Source: the human T2T-CHM13v2.0 reference genome, Homo sapiens. From it: a stretch of DNA of 64,000 nt. Of the stretch, positions 53,315 through 64,000 are shown one piece after another. The position numbers and the translations under genes are program-made. Under the pieces are notes generated by a model, which saw only the letters and a list, made by a program, of their open reading frames with translations, ran no database searches and was not told where the DNA came from. The stretch lies in assembly GCF_009914755.1 (NCBI RefSeq), contig NC_060935.1; one strand, given 5' to 3'. Position 1 is the stretch's first letter. Each line of letters starts with the position of its first letter.

Positions 53315-56300
53315 TAGATGAATTATTTCATTTGTGGTCCCTTCTACTATTTCAGATAGTTATTAACACTTTCAGCCAATTGTTTAGAAATATTGGTGCC
53401 ACTGAGATAAAGGGAGAGTGAATAAAACAATGCAATGGAGAGGTAGAAAAATGGCAAAAAGGAACCTGACTAATAATCTCCAGCAATGTTTTGGAAACCA
53501 AGTTCTGGACAGAAATCTTGAGTTCCAAGACACAATTCTGCAACTAATTATCTGACAAGCAAGGTAGAGTTATGTGACCTTTCTATTTTAGTTTCCTTAA
53601 CCGTAAAATACAGAAGATTAAATGCTGGCCTGAGACACAGTGTTAACATTCTATGGAATGAATAGTAATTTATGTGTCTTTATTATTACCATGATCATCC
53701 CAAAATTTGTTTTAACTCTCAGCACTGTTCAATTCCTGGAGAAACAAAATAAAGTCCTTTTAAAAATTATTCAGTAGCTTCCACAGTACCATTTATTATT
53801 TTTCCAAGGTAAATTGTCTTGTGTAATGATAATTAGTAGAAATGCTGAGATGGGAAAAGTGTACTCCCAGTTTTTAGAAGTCAAACAAGCATATAGACTA
53901 TGAATCATACTGAAGTTCCTTCAATCAAAGCTGGATTGTTATCACATTTTTAAGTAAATAACTGATGGGAAGTCATATTATAACCTGAAATTGCAATCTC
54001 TAGGTTAACCTGAAGACCATATCTTCAATAATGTATGCTACCAGTACAATTTATTGGTACATTTTTCTCCCCAGAACATCACTGATTTGTTTTTTGCTGT
54101 AACAAATTAACATTCCTGTCATTAGACAGAAATAATAAATTCAAGAACCAGTGAAAACAGAAAATGAAGTGTAGCGTGAACAGGATTTTACAATTAATCA
54201 AGGGAGTCATTTTGACACCTCATTTTTATAAAGAAGCAAAACTAAAAACTTACAAGTGCCTGCTATTTATCCACATACTATATAGTCATAAATGGTGAGC
54301 TACGTACTTCACTAACACAAATTCCTCTATTCAGCAAATAGTCTTTGAGCACATATTATATGATGGGCACTCTAATAGGCCCTGTGGATATGCTGTAGAT
54401 TTTCAACTAAAGTCAGGAAAACTAGTGAAGTGTGAAATCTTGTCAATCACCCAGGAAGTACAATATAAAATTTTTTTTTGTATAAAACACAATACAATAA
54501 TTACTTTTCTTAATGAAGTTGAACTAGATCAAGGTAAAGAATATAATAATGAAATATATTCAAGCGCTTAACTATTTGAAACATTCAGACTTTAAGGGAA
54601 CTATCACATCTCTAGCCACAGAAGTATAGGCAAAGCATTTTAAATATTCCTTCTTGCCCACAGCATATATTCTGTTTTATTTCATATTCGAATTTCAAGA
54701 ATATTAATGCATGTTATTTTTTTTTTTTTGCTTTTGAAGTTTAAGCAATAGTATCTGATTTGGGAGAAGGGAAGTTAGAGACTAAAGTGAGAGGGATGAG
54801 TATGTTTATACTGGACTCCATCCTGAAGGCATTTTTTATTGCTAACAATAATAGTCAGCTGGGTAATGTTGAGGGTTTCAGCTGGGCTCAATTATGTGAT
54901 TGCAATTAGCTGTGGGTTGGAAAGGCAATTTTGTTGATCTGCATTGCACGCTCTCACATGTTTGAGGTCAACTGGTCTAAGATGCACTCATTTGGAAAAC
55001 CTGGGTGCTCTCATACTTCACAGGGTGACAATAGGGTTCCAACACAAACTAGGAAGAAAGTTCTCACGTCAACCAAGTGCTATTGGTCAAAGTGTCAGAA
55101 GGCCAGTGCTACATGAAAGTAAAAGGGAATTATCAAGTCAAAAGCAAATGATGTGAATACAGAAGCACCATTAGTAGACGTCATCAATGCAATCTGCCAC
55201 ACTGCTAAATGGGCAAGCACCATCAATCCTGTGTCATCGTGGGCACATGTATCAAGGTTTGCAAAAGTACTAAGGCAAAGGACCCTTTACATTTCCTTAG
55301 TGCAGAGAGAGTTCTTACTCCATTAAAAGAAGTGATTTTACTTTTCTTCTGAGTCATTGCATATTCCTTTCCTCTGCCCAGTTGAAGAGCTAGTTTGATC
55401 TGCTCTTTAAAAAATGCTTTCTTTTTTCTTCTTCTTCTGTTTTATACTATAAATCTCTTTGCCTAGAAGTTCCAGGCATAATTTCTGTGTAATAGAACAA
55501 GCCACAGTAAATACCCAGTCACACAGCCTACTAAAGCCATAAATCACAGGAAATAGCAAGTGTAAGAGATTAACATCGAAGCTGAAACCCAGTTTTCCTT
55601 GTACACTCCTCTGGAATTCTGTGATGACATACACTTTCTTGAAGGAACATCTTGTGGTACCCGTGACACAGTACGGTTAGGTTTAAGTATAAAACACATA
55701 GGCAATTAGGAGAAAAAATGTTTTTTGAAAATAGGACCACATCTTTTCACAGACCTTAATGGTTCATGTGAAAGCATTTGGAAATTTCCATACTCTTCAA
55801 GAAAGAGAATATTGATGGAACAAAGGAGAATAATTATAAGAATATGAAGATAAATTATCAAGTACTGGGATTAATTCTCCTAATGCTAGAGAAAATCACC
55901 TCAACCCAGTGAGAGGAAGAGACTGGATGATAACTGACACTATCATTTCATGGAAGATCCCACCAAGACTTTCTGAAAAACCAAGTGGGGAGGAAAAAAA
56001 AAAAAAAGCATGACCTTAGAGAGTTCCCACAGTACCCAACAAAGCTGTATCCTGTTTGACTCTCACTTTTCTGATCCTGGAGGTGAGTTTCACCTTGTGA
56101 AAATTCCTACCATGCCATTCTTGTACTGATAAATCATAAGACTTAACACTACATAACCTCGTTATTCACATACTTGCTTGGGATCAAAGCAAGATAAATA
56201 TTTCTTGACACAACCACATAAACAGTAAGCAAACGAGTATTTCTTCCAACCTTTGAATGTCCAATTCCAAGGTTTGTTCTCTCCTGAATCCTGGTGGTAC

Positions 56301-58199
56301 AACCTAAATATTTTGCCTGAATTTGGCATTGCAATTTCTATTGTCTTTTGTTTTCCCACAAATAGAATGTTTTCATGTAATTGTTATATTTCAGTAGGTA
56401 AATTATGTATTTAATATAGAGCTTAAAGTGTATGTATATAAAAATTATGCATAAAATATTCCACCTCATTTCTTAACTTAGATTTCTTCTCAGAAGCAGC
56501 AACTCTTAGTAGTTTTGCTCTTCTCTGAGAACAATTCTATGAAGATCCAATCAAATTGTTTGCATAAAAACCCCTTTTAGAAAAAATAAAATGTTATATA
56601 TACAGAAATGCCCCTTGTTTTATTCACCTAAGATGATCTTGGAAATTATAATCATTACCTAGTAGAATGTCTCACTTATTTTAATAGCTAAATGATAATG
56701 CATTGTTTGAATACATCATAACTTATTTTATTAGGTTATTAGATTGTTATTGGGGTAAATTTAGGATAAAACAACAGTTTAAACTAGTAAAAGCCAAAGG
56801 TCATGACTAAGAGTTTCACTTGGGGCACAATTGAATTAGCACTTGCCACACCGTGACCAAGCACTGATCTTCTGAAGCTAGAAGGGAGTCCCTAATAAAA
56901 TGCATGATTTATTTGATGCAAACCAAAACATACCTTTACAATTGGCCTTTTCAAGCACATTTTTACTTTCTCACCTAGTCATATTTTCTTATGCTTTTCA
57001 CTGAAAGCCATCCCTGCTAATTTTCACCAATTGTCAGTATTCTTCTTGTTAAATTTCAATTGTCAAATTCCATTTCCTTCTGTAAGATTCCCACCATGAC
57101 CCCCATAACCACAGAGGAGGAGGTGATTTTTTTCTCCATCAATTTCCTTTAGAGTCAGATTTGTAACATTGTGTCATTTTGAATTATGATTATGTAAGTA
57201 TTTGTGCATGCCTCATCTCCTTTGCCAGATTGCAATCCCACTGAAGTCTGTGATATAGAAAACAAAGGGCTATCATTCACAGGACGGTCAGAGAGCCTTG
57301 CATATGTATTTGTGCATAATATGTGTTGCATAAATATATTCCTAACCTCTGAAGTGGGGTTAGTAACTTAATTCCACATTTTACCAGACCGAAATATTTG
57401 GACTATATTGATATGTTAATGCAGAATTTTAAGAATCTCAACAAATACAATAATTCGATGATTTATAAAAAGTATTTTGTATCTTCTTCAGTATTCTATA
57501 GTGTTTAATATACACATTTTTTTTTTTCTAGAAGAAGAGCTGCATAACAAGCGAGTCTGCCCATTTGGGTCACAACCTCTGTAGGTCAAAACAAATTTTT
57601 TCCAAACAGCCATGGTCAAGAACTAATGATTTTTAAAACACCATAAAAAACAAAGGGCTACTTATTATTAACTATTATAAAACATCAGTCAGATTTTTCT
57701 TTCCTCACTATTCTTGGAGCACAAAGAAGCAATAAATTTTAAAACAAACATGTTGAATTATTTAAAATTATACTTCTCAAATATGTTCTATACAAGGATA
57801 AAATTAATTTATTCTTATCTCCATTTTGGATTTGACCATGAATTCTTCTGAAAAAATAGCTGTAAGACCAAACTTTTTGGTAATTCTCTATAACAACACA
57901 CCTAGGTTAGAACTGGCTACTACCTTCAATCCTATGTGTATTTATGTGTACCTTGCTTTAACTATTAGAAACAATAGGCACCTAGAACAATCGCGAAATG
58001 ACAAAAATATGAGGTGTTCAATGAAGATATAGAGACTTGAAAACCTCTAGTAATGAATATAAAAAATCATTAGAGTAGAAGTATAATATAGCATCAGTAT
58101 AGCAGAAGTAAATAATGTAATTCACAATTAAAACAAAATTATATTTCACCAAATATTGGCCACATACACCCTTCTGTAGTTTAAGTCTTTGTCTCTCTA

Positions 58200-59215
<1,016 letters not shown>

Positions 59216-61639
59216 CTGAAAAAAAAAAAATAACATGGGTCTTTAACAAACATAAATGCAACTAGTTTGGGGAAGTTCTATAATCCATGTTAGCAGAGAA
59301 AATATTTTGATGATGCAGATAACGAAGAAAAAAAATTCAAAAACGTTTCTGACTTTCCTTTGTCTGCTTCCTTTGTGATTTGATGAAGCAGCTGATGTAG
59401 CTTCTTGACCCTGCCTTGCTTAGATTAATAGTCTTTTTTTGTTCACCTGCAATACACAAAACTAAATCTTGAGTGTGGCAGGCAGAACTGTATTGTAATC
59501 TCAGGCAGAGATGACAGAGCATCCTAGAAGCAAAACTACGCCATGAACAGAAAACTTCAAGAAGTATGCACCCCAGAATATTAAACATTGGTGATCTCTT
59601 GGTAATGAAAGTGTGGATAACTGTTGTTAAATTTTCATTAGGCTTTCTTTTCTTTTGAAATCTTTAGCCTTGAGCATGTAATTAATTATGCAATTACAAA
59701 AATAAAATTATCTTTTCAAAAATACCTCACATATTCTCTCTCCAAATACAATGTCAAGCAAGTTGAATAATCTTCTCAGGAATAAATAAGTATTGTCTAA
59801 TTAATGTGGAAGATATAATAAAAACAAATGAAGAAAGGTGGGTGTTTCATGTTAAATAAACTGTAGAAGAGAAAGGAAAAGGTTGGGGAATTATAGAGTA
59901 CAACATCCCCCAAATAGGCTGCAAGGAAGAGTCAAATTAGCACCAATTTTTAGAGAAAAGAATATTCACATTTCAATCCCTGTTCTTATATTAAGAAGTA
60001 TTAGTAAACTGTTTAACCTCTTGGTACCAGAATTTGCTCACCTGAAAAATGGGGATACTATGTGCTAGGCTGTCCCTTATGGGAATCAATACAAGATATC
60101 AACGAAATAAACGCTTTACAAGTTAAAAAGTGCTATATATATTCAAAACAACATCTTGTTGTTATTAAATTTTCAAGGGCATTTTGTGGCTAGGTCATGA
60201 AGACAGAAAATTCTCTGGCAACCTACTTGGTCCTCCAGAGAGTCTTCAAAGTAATTACACAGTCTTGCAATACATTTCACAGTAATCAGTCCTCTAGCCC
60301 TGATCCAGAAAAACATTCCACATCACTAAGGCTCAAAGGCTAAAAGGATGTATGTTTGGAACTATTCTGCCAGGTAGAAATTTAGTATAGCTATGAATGT
60401 CATCATCTATTTCAATTTAAATTCCTGGGAAGAAAGAAATTTTGTCCCAAATTTTCCATGGCAAATTCTAGCATAATTTGTAAAAGAGAATTGACAAATT
60501 AGTGATTTGATCACTTAGGGGAATTGTGTAAGAGACTTACTTTGTTATCAACTTTGCCAGCCAAGGATCTCAAATTATTTTAAAGTGACTAACTTTCTAA
60601 GCACCAACTTTCAAATACAGGTGATGTTTCTTCAGGAATGTATGTAAATATCGCACTTTTACAAGAATACTAATGGTTTCAAAGGTCATCAAATCTACAA
60701 AAAGTTAAGTCCAGACACAAAATGAATGTAACTTGAATCATGTTTCTAATCACTCCTACCATCATTTTCACTATTTCCTTCTACTGTTTCCTATGGCAAC
60801 AGAGAAAGTCTTCCTATGTACAGTGACAAAAGCTAAACTTTTTAATATTTCATCAAATAACCAGATGTTCCAGAATAACTAGACATTTGGGAATATATAG
60901 AAAAAAATAGTTTTGGTACAAAAGTTGGCATTGTAGATACAGAGGAAGAAATGAAGACTGTTAGATTTTTCATTGGCAAGTCATTTGAATATTACCAAAC
61001 CTTTCTTTCACTTTCCTTAGACCCAAGCTTAAAATAATTATTCTCATGGTCATGTGAATTCTGCTGCAGACAAAAAGAAATATCTAAAGTTAAAGAAAGC
61101 ACAATTTCTTATTAAATCAGAATGTTAGCGAGTGAACAAATAACAAAACACGACTCATTTTTTATGTAAGAACATCAAAGTGATATGAGAGACCTGGTGT
61201 CCTGTCAGGCTCGTGTGGCTGAAATATCAATCCCATGCATTTTATTCATTTAAGTTGTTTTATGAAACCCCTACATATTGAGATACAGTATACATGTTAA
61301 AACACTAAGATATTGCCTTTTGAAGGTATGCGAAGTTTGTTACTTATTTAACAAAAAATTATTAACTATTCAGTGAAAGAGACTAGTGTAACAAAGAACT
61401 GTAATAATATACATTGGTAAGTATCATTATTATCTTTCATTGAGCACCTAACATGCCCCATCTATTCATTAACTCACTTAACAAATATTTATGGTATGTA
61501 TATGCTATAATTCTGTCCTGGGAATTGAATATTCAAGTATGAGCAAAATATACAAGCTCCCTATACTTGTGGGCCTTACATATTTGTATTCTAAAGGGTA
61601 ACTTTAGCTGAAACCTGGTGAATACAAAGAAAAATAAAG

Positions 61640-62416
<777 letters not shown>

Positions 62417-62570
62417 TATACAGAAGAATGAAATAAAGGCAGTCACGTAAAAAATATGCCTACAACATGAAGAACATGGGAGGCATGATGATACAAGCTG
62501 AAGATGGAAAGGCAAGAAAGGTCCAGGCCATGCAGGATGTTGCAGGCTCTTATAAAAAAAATTTAATGTT

Positions 62571-62879
<309 letters not shown>

Positions 62880-63778
62880 TTACAACAGAAAGCCATTGAG
62901 GAGATTTAAGCAAATGACTGGAACAATTCAATCTTAGAAAGGATTATTCTGGCTGCTCATTTTCCTGGATAATCAATTGAAGAAATCTTATAAAGAAACC
63001 TGTAATAATCTAGCAAGAAATGATGGTGACTTCTCTATGATTGGCGACAGTAGATATTGAGAAAAGTGGTCACAGTCAGATATATTTTCCAAGTTGAATC
63101 AACTGTATTTGCTGATAGACTAGATGTGAGTAGTAAGGTAGAGAGAGGAATCAGGGTCTACTCCTAGCTTCTAGTTTGACAGCCTAGTGCATTTTGACAG
63201 CATTAATACAGATAGGGTAGACTAGCACATAAACACGTGAGGGGCAGAAGAAAATTAATGATCTTCTTTTGCAAATGCAAAATTTGAGATGCCTTGGAGA
63301 TATCCATGTAAAGATGTCAAACAGGAAAGTGAATATGTAAGGTTGGACTCAGGGGAGAGTTTTGGTTTAGACATGCAAATTGAGGGTCATCAATATATAA
63401 AATATTTAGAATGCATGAAATCGCCTGGAGAGGAAGTATAAATATTGCAAAGGTACAGCTAAAAAATAAGCTCTGCTGAGAGGCCAGATTTTGGAAAAGC
63501 CAGCTATGAAAAGGAGTCAACCCAAAAAGTAAGATAAAGTGAGAGTAAATGACGTCATAGAGGGCAAAAAAGAATGTTTTAGGTACTTTATTTTTAAAGA
63601 CATATGCAAGACTTATATATTTCAGAGAAAAACGTATCCGATTCACATGGAAGATACTATATTCCATGTACATTCTATACACTGAAGATTTCTGACACAT
63701 TGGCTATGTTTTTGAGTGTGTCTGTATGTGTGGCATATGTATACCAAGAATCCTTATAACAACTCTAAAATGTAGGTA

Positions 63779-64000
63779 CAGGTTGAACAACCCCTACACA
63801 AAATGCTTAGGACCAAAATTCAGATTCAGAATCTTTCAGATTTTGGAATAGTTACATTACACTTACTTACTGCTTGAGCGTTCCAAATCCTAAAATGTGA
63901 AATTGGAAATATTCCAATAAGAATTTCCTTTGAGTGTCACATGAGTACTCAAACATGCTGCAATTTTGGAGGATTTCAGATTTTTAATTTTTGAATTTGG
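63779..64000 (+). mobile_element. Tigger4/MER46-like Tc1-mariner DNA transposon, cut by the window end
   Basis: TA|caggttga...aaatgcttaggacca...cagattttggaata...atttcctttgagtgtca. Confidence 0.7.

Overview
Human (primate) genomic DNA lying inside the GRM5 gene (metabotropic glutamate receptor 5), which is transcribed from the minus strand. The only real protein-coding sequence is the first coding exon. It spans 59215 down to 58355, with CDS 59015..58355 (661 nt): signal peptide plus the N-terminal part of the Venus-flytrap domain, with canonical splice sites. The rest is AT-rich intron filled with L1 (two young-ish L1PA copies, several old L1M/L1PB fragments), about 17 Alus, L2/MIR, a MaLR solo LTR and DNA-transposon relics. 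All other ORFs in the track are L1 ORF2 fragments or repeat noise. Three structures are not explained by standard repeat annotation: (1) a 226-bp ungapped, ~96%-identical non-Alu inverted repeat (47761-47986 / 48580-48805) with a perfect 15-bp hairpin at its inner edge; (2) two independently inserted L1s 7.2 kb apart that share a tract of private mutations including two stop codons, suggesting local gene conversion; (3) a 200-nt 5'UTR segment with six upstream ATGs, including a 12-nt exact copy of the true start context. I see no evidence for a wholly new biological system. Subfamily calls come from recalled consensus features and were not computed.
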